From: Meyerozyma guilliermondii
Taxonomy: Eukaryota
Reading direction: 5' to 3'
NCBI GenBank assembly: GCA_051546255.1
Contig: CP128820.1
Span: 744,001 to 808,000, forward strand
Length of the DNA stretch: 64,000 bases
The notes beneath the pieces are model-generated. The model worked only from the letters and a program-made list of their open reading frames with translations. It did no database searches and was not told the origin of the DNA. Shown here piece after piece: positions 33,285-44,908 of this stretch. The stretch's first letter is position 1. Each line of letters starts with the position of its first letter. The translations under genes and the position numbers were made by a program.

Positions 33285-35639
33285 TCATTTTGCTTCTGTG
33301 TGGTTGGGAACAACAACTAGCTCGCTATTCTCTGCCTTCACCTCCACTTCTTCTCCTTCGCGAACTTGACCCTGAATCAACATTTTAGCCAATGGGTTCA
33401 AAAGCTTCTTTTGCAACACTCTGTTTAAAGGTCTTGCACCGTAAACCCTATCATATCCCAAATCACATAACAACATCTTTGCATCTTCCGTCAACCGAAG
33501 CTTGATACGGCGGTCACTTAACCTATCGCCTATCTCCAAAAGACGGATATCAAGAATGTTGCGCAACGACTTCTTGGACAACCGGTTGAACAACAAGACG
33601 TCATCGAGACGATTCAAGAATTCTGGTGGGTAGTACTGCTTCAACAATTCAGTAATTGCGGTTCTTGTCTCTGGTCCAATCTTGCCGTCATCTCCTCCTT
33701 CTTTGTCAGCAAGGAGAAGTTCTTGTCCGATATTGGAGGTCATGACGATGATAGTGTTGCGGAAATCAATGTGTTTTCCGTGGCTGTCCGTCAAAGATCC
33801 TTCGTCCAAGACCTGCAACAAAAGCTTGGAAACATCAGGGTGTGCTTTTTCAAACTCGTCAAACAAGACAACAGCATATGGTTTCCTCCGTACAGCTTCT
33901 GTCAATTCTCCGCTTTCTTCGTATCCAACATATCCAGGGGGTGATCCAATCAAACGAGAAACGGTATGCTTCTCCTGAAACTCAGACATGTCAAACCGAA
34001 CCACCGACGACTTATCGTTGAACAAAAACTCCGCAAGGCTCTTTGTGAGCTCAGTCTTACCAGTACCAGTTGGACCAAGGAAGATAAAAGAAGCTATAGG
34101 ACGTTTGTCGCTGGTCAATCCAGCACGCTGCAAACGCACAGCATCTGCGACAGCATGGATGGCTTCGTCTTGACCCACAACTTTCTGTTTCAAAAGTATT
34201 TCCATGTCGAGTAACTTGTCCTTTTCTCCCTTCATCAAGTTTGTGACGGGAATGCCAGTCATTTTAGAAATCACATTGGCAATATCGTCGGAAGTGACAG
34301 AGTCATGTAACAATGTTGAGCTCTTGGCGGCTGTTTCTGACTCGGTGAGCTCCTTAAGACGTTGCTCTAAGTGTGGAATTGTCAGATATTGTAACTCACT
34401 TGCACGACCGTAGTCACCAGAACGTTGACTATGGTCCAAGTCGAAACGGGCCTGTTCCAATTCCATTTTGGCGTTCTTGACCTCGTCAATACTCTGCTTT
34501 TCCAGCTCCCACTGTTTTGTGAACTCTTCGAGTTCGGCTTGTTTGGCCTTCAATTCCTCTTCGAGTTTGTTCTTGCGATCCACGGAAAGTTGGTCCTCCT
34601 CTTTGCGCAACGACTCCAACTCGATCTGAATCGTCATTATTTGTCTGTCCAACTGCGTGATGGCATCAGGCCGAGATTCGTGTTGCAAACGAAGAGTAGA
34701 GCAAGCCTCGTCAACCAAGTCGATAGCCTTGTCGGGCAAAAATCTGTCGGTGATATACCTGTGCGAGTAAAGCGCTGCCGTCACCAATGCACTATCGGTG
34801 ATACGAACACCATGGTGTACTTCGTAACGTTCCTTTAAACCTCTGAGAATGGAAATTGTGTCTTCGGGAGTGGGTTCATTCACAGTGACAGCCGAAAAAC
34901 GACGAGCCAAAGCAGCATCTTTCTCGACGTACTTACGGTACTCCTCAATTGTTGTGGCACCACAAAGTGACAATTTTCCACGGGCTAAGGCTGGTTTGAG
35001 CAAATTGGAAGCGTCTATGGATCCTTCTGCTTTACCCAACCCCATCAAAAGGTGGAGTTCGTCCACGAAAAGAATGACCTTTCCTTGCTGTTCCTCCACT
35101 TCTTTCAATATCTGTTTGAGCTTGGCCTCGAAATCACCCCGGAACTTTGCTCCCGAGATGATTCCTGCCAAATCAAGCGTAATGATCTTCTTGTTCTTCA
35201 TGCTCTCGGGAACCTCTCCCTTCAATATCCGCTGTGCCAAGCCCTCCATAACTGCTGTTTTACCCGTACCAGCGTTACCTATCAAAACTGGGTTGTTTTT
35301 GGTTCGCCGGGAGAGAATTTGAATGGTTCTTCTGATTTCCTCATCTCTTCCAATCACGGGATCGAGCTTTCCATCCTGTGCTAGCTTCGTGAGATCGGTT
35401 CCATACTTTTCCAATGCCGGTCTGTCATCCTGCTCTTCTTTATTCATGGACATTTGCATTCTAGAACTTGGGGAAGAGTGAAAGAAGCGAATTGAAGGAG
35501 CTTGAAAAGGCGCCAATTTTGAAGTTTGAACTTGGTTCTTCAATAGACGAGTAGCAATTATTGCAGCCAGACCCATCCTGACGGGAGTGGCTGCTCTCCT
35601 TAACGCCAATTGTCCAGCAAGTTTATTAGCACGTAACAT
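33285..35639 (-). CDS. HSP78: Mitochondrial ClpB chaperone Hsp78
   Basis: Arg-rich presequence, [37 protein letters not shown]; no ClpB N-domain. Confidence 0.96.
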   Translation of the reverse strand: MLRANKLAGQLALRRAATPVRMGLAAIIATRLLKNQVQTSKLAPFQAPSIRFFHSSPSSRMQMSMNKEEQDDRPALEKYGTDLTKLAQDGKLDPVIGRDEEIRRTIQILSRRTKNNPVLIGNAGTGKTAVMEGLAQRILKGEVPESMKNKKIITLDLAGIISGAKFRGDFEAKLKQILKEVEEQQGKVILFVDELHLLMGLGKAEGSIDASNLLKPALARGKLSLCGATTIEEYRKYVEKDAALARRFSAVTVNEPTPEDTISILRGLKERYEVHHGVRITDSALVTAALYSHRYITDRFLPDKAIDLVDEACSTLRLQHESRPDAITQLDRQIMTIQIELESLRKEEDQLSVDRKNKLEEELKAKQAELEEFTKQWELEKQSIDEVKNAKMELEQARFDLDHSQRSGDYGRASELQYLTIPHLEQRLKELTESETAAKSSTLLHDSVTSDDIANVISKMTGIPVTNLMKGEKDKLLDMEILLKQKVVGQDEAIHAVADAVRLQRAGLTSDKRPIASFIFLGPTGTGKTELTKSLAEFLFNDKSSVVRFDMSEFQEKHTVSRLIGSPPGYVGYEESGELTEAVRRKPYAVVLFDEFEKAHPDVSKLLLQVLDEGSLTDSHGKHIDFRNTIIVMTSNIGQELLLADKEGGDDGKIGPETRTAITELLKQYYPPEFLNRLDDVLLFNRLSKKSLRNILDIRLLEIGDRLSDRRIKLRLTEDAKMLLCDLGYDRVYGARPLNRVLQKKLLNPLAKMLIQGQVREGEEVEVKAENSELVVVPNHTEAK

Positions 35640-35718
35640 TAGCCTTGCGACCTTTCCGATAAAGATGCCATTTTTATCACCATTCGCGATCATGACCCGC
35701 GCTTATCTGCAGTACGGA

Positions 35719-35733
35719 GGAATTTTCGAGAAC
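35719..35733. promoter_or_regulatory. Perfect heat-shock element upstream of HSP78
   Basis: gGAAttTTCgaGAAc = nGAAnnTTCnnGAAn, ~80 bp upstream of the ATG. Confidence 0.8.
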
Positions 35734-35736
35734 CAT

Positions 35737-37191
35737 CTAGGACTTTTCGTGCCAGTAGTCTTCCGTGGAGTAACCAGGGTGGGGGACAAAAGGTGGGGGT
35801 TGTGTGGAGGCATTATTGCTGGAGGATGAAGATGCCATGCTTACATTGTAGCTGATTGTCGAGCCGGAATTGACAGAAACAGCGTCGGCTGTATGCAGGT
35901 CTGGAACCGGGACCCGATCCTGATTTAGTGGGTGCAAATTTGAATCTTCATTGGAGGCTGTAGGTGGATCAATTTGGTGGATTTCGATGGGCTGGTCTTC
36001 TGAGCTTGGAGTCACCAGCCATTTCGTGGCGTTTGGCCAAGTCAGCTTTCTTTTTTTCCACCACGCCGTTGGGGGCAGGGTTCCCAGGTTGCTGGCTACA
36101 TCATCGGAACTCATACGTCGGCCGAGAACTCCGATAAGTTCTTGCTTCTTTTCGAGCTGGGCGATGTTGTAGATCCATTCCCAAGCTATGGTGAGAAGGG
36201 CAACATCCAAAAGTGAGGGTAATTGGTCGAGCCATAATCGCACCCACCATTGGTGACGAAATGTTGTCACTGAAAGCAAGTAGACCACGAATATGATAAG
36301 GATGAGGGCCCATGTGAACAAGCCCAAGCCCAAAGTGGGCAAGGCGTAGCTGATTTTACGAGGATTTTTGTCCAAAAATGTGAATTTGAACAACGCAGCC
36401 ATGAACCAGAATTGGAGCACCAGATGAACAGACACGATAGAAGCACGCCAGGCATAAGAAGAAACAAGTTCCGAGTTGTCTGGACCGTCTACGACAGCAT
36501 CAGCGTCGTCATACTTGATTTCAAACACGCCGTGCAACACGGTGAACACTACGATGAGCACGCTGCCCCCCACCGTCATAGCATATTTGAACCACAGCCG
36601 TGTAATCCGCATGACAATTTGTAAGTGAGAAAGATGGACAAGAAGCACCGCAATCACATTGCAAACTCGGTAAGCTTGTGTCCGAAACATGACTTCTCGA
36701 AAAACAAAGATATCTAGAGTGTCGTTATAATACTCGTCCCGAGCCAGCTCGGTCACCTGAGTAAGCAATACCGTACAAACCACAGACGAGAACACGGTGG
36801 TAAGCTGGGTAAGAAGGGGTTTTCGTTTATGGCGAGGCAGCAAGTATAATAAAAGTGTGAGCATCCATAGCGAAACACAGACTCCAGATAGCGTGAAAAG
36901 AAGTGCCACAAATGCGTCGCCGTTGTCTCTTTGGCTAAAGGGGGGACTCAAACCGTTCGTCCATTGCTCCCACGACTCCTGGTTGTTGAAATATTCATCT
37001 AGAACTGCTGATAATTTGTCCACAGAGCAATTGGTAGTATAGTAAGCCGGAAGAAATTCGGTGGTATAATTCTTCAGCCACGTTCCATTGTAGTAGTCTT
37101 GAAACCTGATCGATCCGCCAGCAAGTGAGTACACAGAACAGTTCCCTACAAGCGGATCCAAGTCTTTTATGTCCAAATCTCGGAGCCCCAT
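35737..37191 (-). CDS. DFG16: PalH/Rim21 family 7-TM pH-sensing protein, Dfg16-like
   Basis: Multi-TM; WMLTLLL, RKP.LTQ, AWEWIYNI..LEKKQELIGVLGRR. DFG16 versus RIM21 assignment is less certain than the family. Confidence 0.75.
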   Translation of the reverse strand: MGLRDLDIKDLDPLVGNCSVYSLAGGSIRFQDYYNGTWLKNYTTEFLPAYYTTNCSVDKLSAVLDEYFNNQESWEQWTNGLSPPFSQRDNGDAFVALLFTLSGVCVSLWMLTLLLYLLPRHKRKPLLTQLTTVFSSVVCTVLLTQVTELARDEYYNDTLDIFVFREVMFRTQAYRVCNVIAVLLVHLSHLQIVMRITRLWFKYAMTVGGSVLIVVFTVLHGVFEIKYDDADAVVDGPDNSELVSSYAWRASIVSVHLVLQFWFMAALFKFTFLDKNPRKISYALPTLGLGLFTWALILIIFVVYLLSVTTFRHQWWVRLWLDQLPSLLDVALLTIAWEWIYNIAQLEKKQELIGVLGRRMSSDDVASNLGTLPPTAWWKKRKLTWPNATKWLVTPSSEDQPIEIHQIDPPTASNEDSNLHPLNQDRVPVPDLHTADAVSVNSGSTISYNVSMASSSSSNNASTQPPPFVPHPGYSTEDYWHEKS

Positions 37192-37448
37192 TTGAATGGA
37201 AAAGGCGGAAAAAGCTCCAAAAGTTGAAACTAAGCTGCAAAAATCAACTTGTGGGTACTTTGGAGTCCACTGATTTCAAAGATATCGTTTAAAGCACCTA
37301 AAAACGCCTAGAAAATAATTTATATGCTACTTCAAATTGCAGTGCCTGACCTTGAACCTGAGATAAGATGGTGTCTGGATCGGGATCCGTACCGGTTTTG
37401 GTGTTCGGGCGTGCATCACTTCGATTTGTATTCACCACAACAGATCCG

Positions 37449-40283
37449 ATGGACCCCCACCAATTGGCCGGCCAGCTTGGCCAGGTGTCGCTCGACGGAA
37501 AGTCACGGAAGAAGCGGTCTGCACGTGCGTTTCATACCGACTTCAGCACCGGTCCCGAACTGGCATTTCCGACCCCACCAACCGTCAACAATTCACCCTC
37601 GGTTCTTCATCAACAAACACCCTCGGTTTCTTCACCATCGACTTCTTCATTTGCTGCGCCCTACGGCGATAATGCATCTCCTATGCATGCATCGCACCCT
37701 GTACCTGCAGCGGTTGCAAATCCATCTCAGAACGATCTCTCGATCCAGACAAACAGGTACAATCATCAGAAGGAGTATATGACATCAGTGGATCTGGAAC
37801 CGTACAAGTCGTTCTACACGTTTCATAATGTGGTTCCTCCAACTGCCGGCACTCAAATTCATACGGTTGACCAAGGAACCGCATCTGGAAAATTTATTCG
37901 TTCCACCATGTATAATGTTCCAGAATCCGAACAGCTTCGAGCTGCCACCAAGCTTCCTATGGCTGTCACAATTCGTCCTTTTGCACCGTTATTGGAAACA
38001 GAAGAGCCAATTCCGGTGGTGGATATGACGCAACTTGGTGATGTTCCAGGTGCAGATGCTCTAGATATAGGTCCCGTTAGGTGTCGAAGATGTCGTACCT
38101 ACATGAACCCGGCCATGCAGCATACTCCCAATTACCGGTTCGTGTGTAATATCTGCCAGTTTCCGAATAATACTGTTCCTTCGGACTATTCGTCGATGAT
38201 AAACCCACAAACCGGTACTCGAGTAGATGTTGCAATTCGACCAGAACTCCACAAAGGAGTGTACGATATCTTGGTTCCCAAGAGCTACAATGTGGGAGGC
38301 CCGGAAGTTATACCTCAAGTTCTTCACCATGTATTTCTTATCGATGTAAGCGAACAGAGCATTCGTCAAAACTTGCCGACACTTTTCGCCGATGCCATTC
38401 GTCTTGCACTTTACGGTGAAGCAGAAACGTTCAACTCCCGTGTTTGTATCATCACGTTTGACCGTCGACTCCAGTTCTACAATCTTTCGCCGTCACTTTC
38501 CACCACACAAATCAGCATTTCGTCGGACCTCGAAGACCCTTTCGTGCCGCTCAGCGACGGGCTTTTTGCCGACCCCGAGGAAAGCAGACATGTTATAGAG
38601 AACATGCTTGAAAACTTGGAGCTGTTACTGATGGAAAACAACGTTTATGCTGACCCCGAGCCATGTTTTGCAGCCGCCTGTCGCACCGCCATGCTTTGTC
38701 TTCAAAGTGTTGGAGGAGGAAAAATCACCTCGCTTCTTTCGACGCTTCCATCCTGGGGCCCTGGCAGTCTCCGGTTCAAAGACAATCGGGCCGTGGGCAA
38801 GCTTCTTTCTCCAGAGTTGGAAAAAGTGGTGTTCACTCCAGACAACGACTACTACAAACTTCTCGCCAAAGACTTTATTCTGCTGAATGTAGGACTCGAC
38901 ACAATTGTGGTTACACCTTCGTCGGTGGATCTCTCCAACATAGGGTGGCTCTGCTCCATTTCTGGTGGGTCTGTGTACCGGTTTCCCGACTTCAATTTTG
39001 AGCGAGACAGCAAAGTGGTTTCAGCCCAGTTTGTGAGCTGCGTGAACAAGTGCCGCGGATACCAAGGTCAGTTGAAGCTCCGGTGCTCCAATGGACTCCA
39101 GGTTTCACAGTACTACGGCACCTCGTCGGACGCTACTGCTTCTGGCTTTATGGGAACCCAGGATCCAGTGTTGCCTATTCTTCACGAAGACCAGTCGTTT
39201 ACAGTTCTTATGACTTACGACGGGAAGCTCGATACCAAGTACGACTGTCATTTCCAGGCGGCTTTGCTTTACACCGATCCATTTGGTGTACGAAAAGTTA
39301 GAGTCGTAAACTTAGTTTTGGCCGTGAGCGAGAGACTTGAAGATGTTTTCAACTTTGTGGAAGAAGACTCGGTTGTTTCCACCATAGTGCGAGAAACCGT
39401 ATCGCATGTTGGTGTACAAAGATTGCTTGAGCTTCGAGAGTCGGTCAATACAAAACTAGTCGACGTTTTCACCCAGTACCGTGCCATGTGTGAAGTCAAC
39501 CGACACCAGCTGGGAGCCCCAAACCAATTGCTCTTCCCAGACTCATTGAAACATCTTCCCATCTACATGTTGTCGCTCATCAGAACCACCGCTATTCGAA
39601 ACTCCAACACTTTATCTGCCGATGCCCGGCTCGCTTCCATCTACCAGTTGCTCAGAATGCCGGTAGAAAGATTGGTTTACACCTTGTACCCAGCATTGGT
39701 AGAGTTGCACTCTCTTCAAGACGACGAGTGTATGGTTCCAGACACCTCATCTAACCCAAACCACTTCATCTCGCTTCCAGAGTACAAACCGGCAACCTCC
39801 AAGATTTTGCAGCCCGGTGTATACATCTTGTGCAATGGTTCCCAGGTGTTTGTGTGGGTTCATCCTGATGCCAATGAGCTCTTGATCAAGGATTTATTTG
39901 GCGACCATATAAATTCCGTAAAAGATATCGATCCATTGATGGACGAGTTGCCAGACCTACCTTCTCATATTTCGCAGCAAGCCAGAAATTTGGTTCGTTT
40001 TTTCCAGAAAGAAATCGTGGGTCTTCCTTCGCTAGACTGTGCTGGTGTTAGAATAGTTCGCCATGGAATTGACCCTGGCGTCAATGCTTTCAGAGAAAGC
40101 TTAATTGAAGATTCCATTGGTTCGCTTGGAAATCTGTTACCACTGTTGCCAGATTATCTTAGCAATCTCCACAAGGCTATCAAGGTGAAGCTCGAGAACG
40201 ACAAGTCTTCTGGAAAGGTAAAGAACTCTGTCAAGGCGGCGGAAGACCACTCGACGTTGGCACAAAAGTTGATTCAGTTTTAG
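37449..40283 (+). CDS. SFB3: COPII Sec24-family subunit Sfb3/Lst1
   Basis: RKKRSARAFH N-terminus, SGKFIRSTMY, zinc finger RCRRCRTYMNP..CNIC, LRCSNGLQV, FQAALLYT. Confidence 0.9.
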   Translation: MDPHQLAGQLGQVSLDGKSRKKRSARAFHTDFSTGPELAFPTPPTVNNSPSVLHQQTPSVSSPSTSSFAAPYGDNASPMHASHPVPAAVANPSQNDLSIQTNRYNHQKEYMTSVDLEPYKSFYTFHNVVPPTAGTQIHTVDQGTASGKFIRSTMYNVPESEQLRAATKLPMAVTIRPFAPLLETEEPIPVVDMTQLGDVPGADALDIGPVRCRRCRTYMNPAMQHTPNYRFVCNICQFPNNTVPSDYSSMINPQTGTRVDVAIRPELHKGVYDILVPKSYNVGGPEVIPQVLHHVFLIDVSEQSIRQNLPTLFADAIRLALYGEAETFNSRVCIITFDRRLQFYNLSPSLSTTQISISSDLEDPFVPLSDGLFADPEESRHVIENMLENLELLLMENNVYADPEPCFAAACRTAMLCLQSVGGGKITSLLSTLPSWGPGSLRFKDNRAVGKLLSPELEKVVFTPDNDYYKLLAKDFILLNVGLDTIVVTPSSVDLSNIGWLCSISGGSVYRFPDFNFERDSKVVSAQFVSCVNKCRGYQGQLKLRCSNGLQVSQYYGTSSDATASGFMGTQDPVLPILHEDQSFTVLMTYDGKLDTKYDCHFQAALLYTDPFGVRKVRVVNLVLAVSERLEDVFNFVEEDSVVSTIVRETVSHVGVQRLLELRESVNTKLVDVFTQYRAMCEVNRHQLGAPNQLLFPDSLKHLPIYMLSLIRTTAIRNSNTLSADARLASIYQLLRMPVERLVYTLYPALVELHSLQDDECMVPDTSSNPNHFISLPEYKPATSKILQPGVYILCNGSQVFVWVHPDANELLIKDLFGDHINSVKDIDPLMDELPDLPSHISQQARNLVRFFQKEIVGLPSLDCAGVRIVRHGIDPGVNAFRESLIEDSIGSLGNLLPLLPDYLSNLHKAIKVKLENDKSSGKVKNSVKAAEDHSTLAQKLIQF

Positions 40284-40300
40284 AAAAATAAACTCTCACT

Positions 40301-42652
40301 TCACTTGAACCTCACCACCTTGACAACATCCAAAACCACCTCTCGTATATCTTTGCTTGTAGACCGCATTGCAACAGCAACTGCTTGTTTCAATTCTTTA
40401 TCACTTTTTATCTTGTTCAACTCTTCGGTGCCTAGCTCTTCAGCAGCATACGAGACACCAAGCAAGATGAAAAGCACACGATGAACCAAATCGAGGCATT
40501 CTTCTTGGTCTCTTAGTATGCCTATAATGTTCGCTCGGAGCTGTCGCCATATGTCTGGAGTCTGTAAGATGATTTGGGACACCATTTGGAACTCAGACGC
40601 TGCATTGGCCATCAAACCAGCAACTGCGGTTTGCAACTTTTCATCACTGGAATTGAGCATTTTCACCATAAGGTCGAGTCTCTGCAAATTGGCAGGTTTT
40701 TCAACATTGAAAAAGTATACGAGAATCGTGGGCTCAGACACCAAATTGGACAAAAGTTCCCAAGTGGCTCGTTGAACATTTGGTGCATCAGAGTCGATTA
40801 TGAAGTTATCTAGATAACCAATAAAAGTTTTGGATCCAATGAGTTTTTTAATATTGGCATCTTCCACAGACAGAACATTGGTGAGAGCTATAAGAGCCTC
40901 GTACTTGTCTTTCTGTGTCATATCCTCGAGGTAGTCCAGTTCCCGACTGGCTTTTATGCCATTATACTCCGAGATGTTGGGTCCAAGAAGCTCAATGAGA
41001 AACGGAACGCTGGTGGAGATATCGTACTTCTTAAACGCAAGCGCTGGGTTGACAGAAACAAGTATTTTTGCCAAAGTTCGCAAAGCTGAAAGTCTGGTTT
41101 CAATCAGAATAGTGTCGGGATTCGATGGAAGCGTGGTGGGACCAACCTTGCTGAAAGTTATCAAGTAGTTTAAAACTATGGTTAGGGCTCCTTGCTGCAC
41201 AAGTTCTTGTCTGATTTTCTTCTCGTTGTTGCAAGAAATGGAAAAAATAATGCAAAGGACTTGGTTGATCGAGCTGGAAGATTCCTGGACGCTTCCGGCC
41301 ATCACCTTCAATTTGGAGAATACTTCTACTATTTTGTAGTCTTCTAAAAGTGCTTTTGAGAAGGTGAGTACTTTCTCTTGATCGTCTTCCTCCTTCGAGG
41401 ATGTGGGATCACTGTAAGATTTGAGGAAGCTAGCCGTTTTCTTTCTGTTGTTCGCTGTATCGGTCTTTACCTTGGCGAGGTTGGCTATAGTGGTGAGAAT
41501 TCCATATACTAAAGTCGAATGAGGCTCCGCTTTTTTGAGTATATCGATTAAAATCGAAATGCTGTCAGCGTCTGAACGCAAAGATTCCTTGAAAGAACGA
41601 TCAAGTGAGATGTAAGCTAGTGTCTCGACAATATGCTCTCGATACTTGCTGTTTTCTCGGAGCGCAGTGGTGATATTTGACAGGAGATGCTGGATAGTAA
41701 CTTCTTTCTTGATGTCGGAATTTTTGGGAAAGCTATTCCACAACTTGACGATACATAGAGTGGACAACAAATGCAACCCCTCGAACGGTTTCTGGGAGAG
41801 TTTTGTTCCACTAATCAAGAATTGGATATAATTCTTGACGTTGAAATTTCGCAGTTCTTCGTCAATGCAAGATGTGCTAACTAGCCTTAAAACTTCACAC
41901 ACAGTTCTGTAGTTTTGTTCATCTTCCAACACAGAAGCTGAGAGACTGGAAACATGGTGGAGAAGCATCTGTTTGCATTTTTCACTCATGTACATTGTAG
42001 ATATGGGCACTGGCATAAGTGGATACAAGCTCTCCAACACTCGAACCAAATTCAAAAAAGTAGCTCTTTGGACACGAACCGGGTCTTCGTCGAGAATAAA
42101 CTCCACGAAGACAGTTACAGTGTCTGTAGTGGGTTTCGGGGCCAATTTAAGACTCTTTATGGTGATAAGAAGAATTATTGGCGTCAAATTCAGTTGTTCA
42201 GAACCATTTTCTGGGCCTATGAAACTCAAAAGAACATCCAAATGGTCTGGCACCGTGACCTCAAACCTTTCTACCACCAGATAGTAGGCTGAAAGATACC
42301 ATTGAGCAGACGAAGACACTTTGACCAACGAGATGAGACAACGAAGAACAGTTTTGGCGGTATCTCGAGTTCGTTCTGTGCCTGTTTCGGATATTACCGT
42401 ACACAAGAACAAACCTCTGTTATCCTGTAGTACTCTGAGACCCTCTATGAATGTTGTAGGGTTATTTTTTAGTCTTTGAATCAAGTCCAGCGCAGCGTCT
42501 TTGGCTCGAATTGACCTTGAAAGTACGTTTAAGTCTCCCTTCTTTGGCTCATATGTTTCTGGGTGATCAAAGACCTCGAGGATCTGTTTATATGGCTCCT
42601 CGTCCACCGTGAGACCTTTTAGGTCCGGTGTCACAGACTCCACTTGATCCAT
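40301..42652 (-). CDS. SHE4: UCS-domain myosin chaperone She4
   Basis: VETLAYISL, LVQQGA, LAKILVSVNPALAF, YEALIALTN, QRATWELLSNL. Confidence 0.88.
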   Translation of the reverse strand: MDQVESVTPDLKGLTVDEEPYKQILEVFDHPETYEPKKGDLNVLSRSIRAKDAALDLIQRLKNNPTTFIEGLRVLQDNRGLFLCTVISETGTERTRDTAKTVLRCLISLVKVSSSAQWYLSAYYLVVERFEVTVPDHLDVLLSFIGPENGSEQLNLTPIILLITIKSLKLAPKPTTDTVTVFVEFILDEDPVRVQRATFLNLVRVLESLYPLMPVPISTMYMSEKCKQMLLHHVSSLSASVLEDEQNYRTVCEVLRLVSTSCIDEELRNFNVKNYIQFLISGTKLSQKPFEGLHLLSTLCIVKLWNSFPKNSDIKKEVTIQHLLSNITTALRENSKYREHIVETLAYISLDRSFKESLRSDADSISILIDILKKAEPHSTLVYGILTTIANLAKVKTDTANNRKKTASFLKSYSDPTSSKEEDDQEKVLTFSKALLEDYKIVEVFSKLKVMAGSVQESSSSINQVLCIIFSISCNNEKKIRQELVQQGALTIVLNYLITFSKVGPTTLPSNPDTILIETRLSALRTLAKILVSVNPALAFKKYDISTSVPFLIELLGPNISEYNGIKASRELDYLEDMTQKDKYEALIALTNVLSVEDANIKKLIGSKTFIGYLDNFIIDSDAPNVQRATWELLSNLVSEPTILVYFFNVEKPANLQRLDLMVKMLNSSDEKLQTAVAGLMANAASEFQMVSQIILQTPDIWRQLRANIIGILRDQEECLDLVHRVLFILLGVSYAAEELGTEELNKIKSDKELKQAVAVAMRSTSKDIREVVLDVVKVVRFK

Positions 42653-42799
42653 CAATAGTTGATTTTCGCGACAGAAATGAGAATTGATAATCAAGTGAGA
42701 ACAACATATCAAGGACCAGTCACGAAATAACCACCTTATACTCCATTTTAGTCCACCAAAATCACCACAACAACACTATCGTACTCGCTGATCACAAAT

Positions 42800-43597
42800 A
42801 TGGACACTACAACCGTCTTGGACAAGTATACACAGGACCTTTCCAACCTCCCGTTGGAAGTGAGGCACCTTATGGAAGAGATAAAAACTAAAGATACGCA
42901 ACTTATGGACGCCCGAAGGCGGTACCAGTCCAAAGACAGTCAAATACACAAGTTTATAAAAGCAAATGGTACTCTTGTGAAACACCCGAAAGAACAACAA
43001 CTATACCAGAAAATTGAAGAAGAAATGGAAACAATCAAAAAGATACAAAAGGAGAAAATCTTGCTTGCGAACACAGCATTGTTCTTGGTTTCCCGCCACT
43101 TGTTCAACTTTGAGACAGACGTGACAAAATTGGAAAGAGATGATCTTCTTCCACAGGTGGACCCGGAAGACGAGTCCGAGCTCAATGCTCTTGTAAGCGA
43201 CTCGGGGGTTTCCACGCCTCGTGGAACCCTTTCGGTGACTCCCGCGTACGATGCTAGAGATGGCAGAGAAGGACTCCGTAAAGCTCAGCGTAGAAAGATG
43301 AATATCAAAAATATGCGGATGCGCCGTGGACGGTCTGAAGAATATGACGAAATGGACGATTCTCGCCGGTCGTCTGTGGACGGCAGACACAACGAGGACG
43401 CGGACAATAACCTCTACTGTTTCTGCCAGCGGGTTTCTTTTGGCGAAATGATTGGATGTGATAATGACGACTGCAAATACGAGTGGTTCCACTGGAGTTG
43501 TGTGGGCATCACATCTCCGCCAAAAGACGACGAGATATGGTACTGCCCCGACTGCTCGCCGCGCATGGAGAAGCGAAGAAAGAAGCGGAAACTCTGA
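42800..43597 (+). CDS. YNG2: ING-family PHD subunit of NuA4
   Basis: VLDKYTQDLSNLPLEV; PHD LYCFCQRVSFGEMIGCDNDDCKYEWFHWSCV. Confidence 0.95.
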   Translation: MDTTTVLDKYTQDLSNLPLEVRHLMEEIKTKDTQLMDARRRYQSKDSQIHKFIKANGTLVKHPKEQQLYQKIEEEMETIKKIQKEKILLANTALFLVSRHLFNFETDVTKLERDDLLPQVDPEDESELNALVSDSGVSTPRGTLSVTPAYDARDGREGLRKAQRRKMNIKNMRMRRGRSEEYDEMDDSRRSSVDGRHNEDADNNLYCFCQRVSFGEMIGCDNDDCKYEWFHWSCVGITSPPKDDEIWYCPDCSPRMEKRRKKRKL

Positions 43598-43698
43598 AGC
43601 TTTAAACTTTATGGCTCTAGTAACTAAGGTTGTGGTTTCGTTTCACACCCAAACACCACGAACACTTCTCGAATTCTCACCACTCATCTGAATCCATA

Positions 43699-44871
43699 AT
43701 GCTCTCCATACGAGCTCTGCGTTCCATATTGTTGCGACCTTTGGCGTTGCGAGCATTCATACCCCCCACTCGGCTAGCTGTGCCCACAGTTTTTGCATCG
43801 GTTAGATGTGTTAGTTTTGCTCGTAACCCCAATGAGCTTCGAGCACAAATCGAAAAAAACATCATAAATTCGCTGGAAAAAGTGTCTAAAGACATTGTAA
43901 TTGACGCGGTTCGAGCATGCAAGAGCTCGTCACAGATGCAAGAACCCTTGGCGTTAATCCAGAAGATTTTGGAAAGCGACAAAGTTGTCTTTGACGAAAC
44001 TTTGCTCCGTGAACTTTTCCTTTTACGGCTTCCCACCTCGGCAAACATAGCCTTGATTCGTCAGTTCTACGTCCGCAATCCCGGGAGCGAAATCACTAAG
44101 TCTACGGCTTTGATACCCTTTCGGTACTGTCTTTTTGAGGGCGACTTGAAAGATGCATTAGTTGTCACCGACCTCACCACGGGCCATCCTAATTATATCA
44201 AGAAGAGAAGCGCGGAATTACGATCTGGGATCATCAAGGTGGCTTCAACCGCTATCGGAATCACTCTTTTCTCCAAGTTGGGCGTGCAGGCTCTCATAGA
44301 CGAAGGCATACTTGCCGACAGCTGGCGGCATCTCAGTTCCATAAACGCCATGATAATTACATATCTTCTCAACTCTTCGTTTTTCGTCACCATCGTTCGG
44401 TTCGGACGTCAAATGGCGTCGGCGGGAGGTGACTACTTGACCTGGCAAAAGGGAACTTTCTACACCCATTGGTACAAGCATGCAGACGAAATGATGATGT
44501 GCGCTAGAATTATGGAAGCTGACATTGCCATAAATGGTGGTGGTCCTTCTGGCGGTGCTGCGTCTCCAGAACTCGTAGAGGAATTGTGCCGTACAGCCGA
44601 ACAGGTGGAGACTCACACCTTGCAACCAGGATACACTCGAGATGGAAAAAAAATCAGGCTTCTTGAACCCAGAGACAACCTTGAGGATCTCAAGATGCAG
44701 GCGTACTGGATGAGCGGTGGAGATGGTTTCGAGTGGGTAGAACCCGATCAAGACCCTGCCACGATAATGTGGAAACAGCATTTGCGCGGAGGTCAAGTGG
44801 AAGGTGATTCTCGACAGAGTTTGAAGTGGGCTGACGAAGTGACGGGGCATGTAAATAGCGGGAAGGAATAG
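43699..44871 (+). CDS. Uncharacterised protein, probably mitochondrial inner membrane
   Basis: Long ORF, Arg-rich presequence-like N-terminus (MLSIRALRSILLRP), two hydrophobic segments. Confidence 0.75.
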   Translation: MLSIRALRSILLRPLALRAFIPPTRLAVPTVFASVRCVSFARNPNELRAQIEKNIINSLEKVSKDIVIDAVRACKSSSQMQEPLALIQKILESDKVVFDETLLRELFLLRLPTSANIALIRQFYVRNPGSEITKSTALIPFRYCLFEGDLKDALVVTDLTTGHPNYIKKRSAELRSGIIKVASTAIGITLFSKLGVQALIDEGILADSWRHLSSINAMIITYLLNSSFFVTIVRFGRQMASAGGDYLTWQKGTFYTHWYKHADEMMMCARIMEADIAINGGGPSGGAASPELVEELCRTAEQVETHTLQPGYTRDGKKIRLLEPRDNLEDLKMQAYWMSGGDGFEWVEPDQDPATIMWKQHLRGGQVEGDSRQSLKWADEVTGHVNSGKE

Positions 44872-44908
44872 CACATACAATTACATTTTTATTCTATGAC
44901 TACTTATG

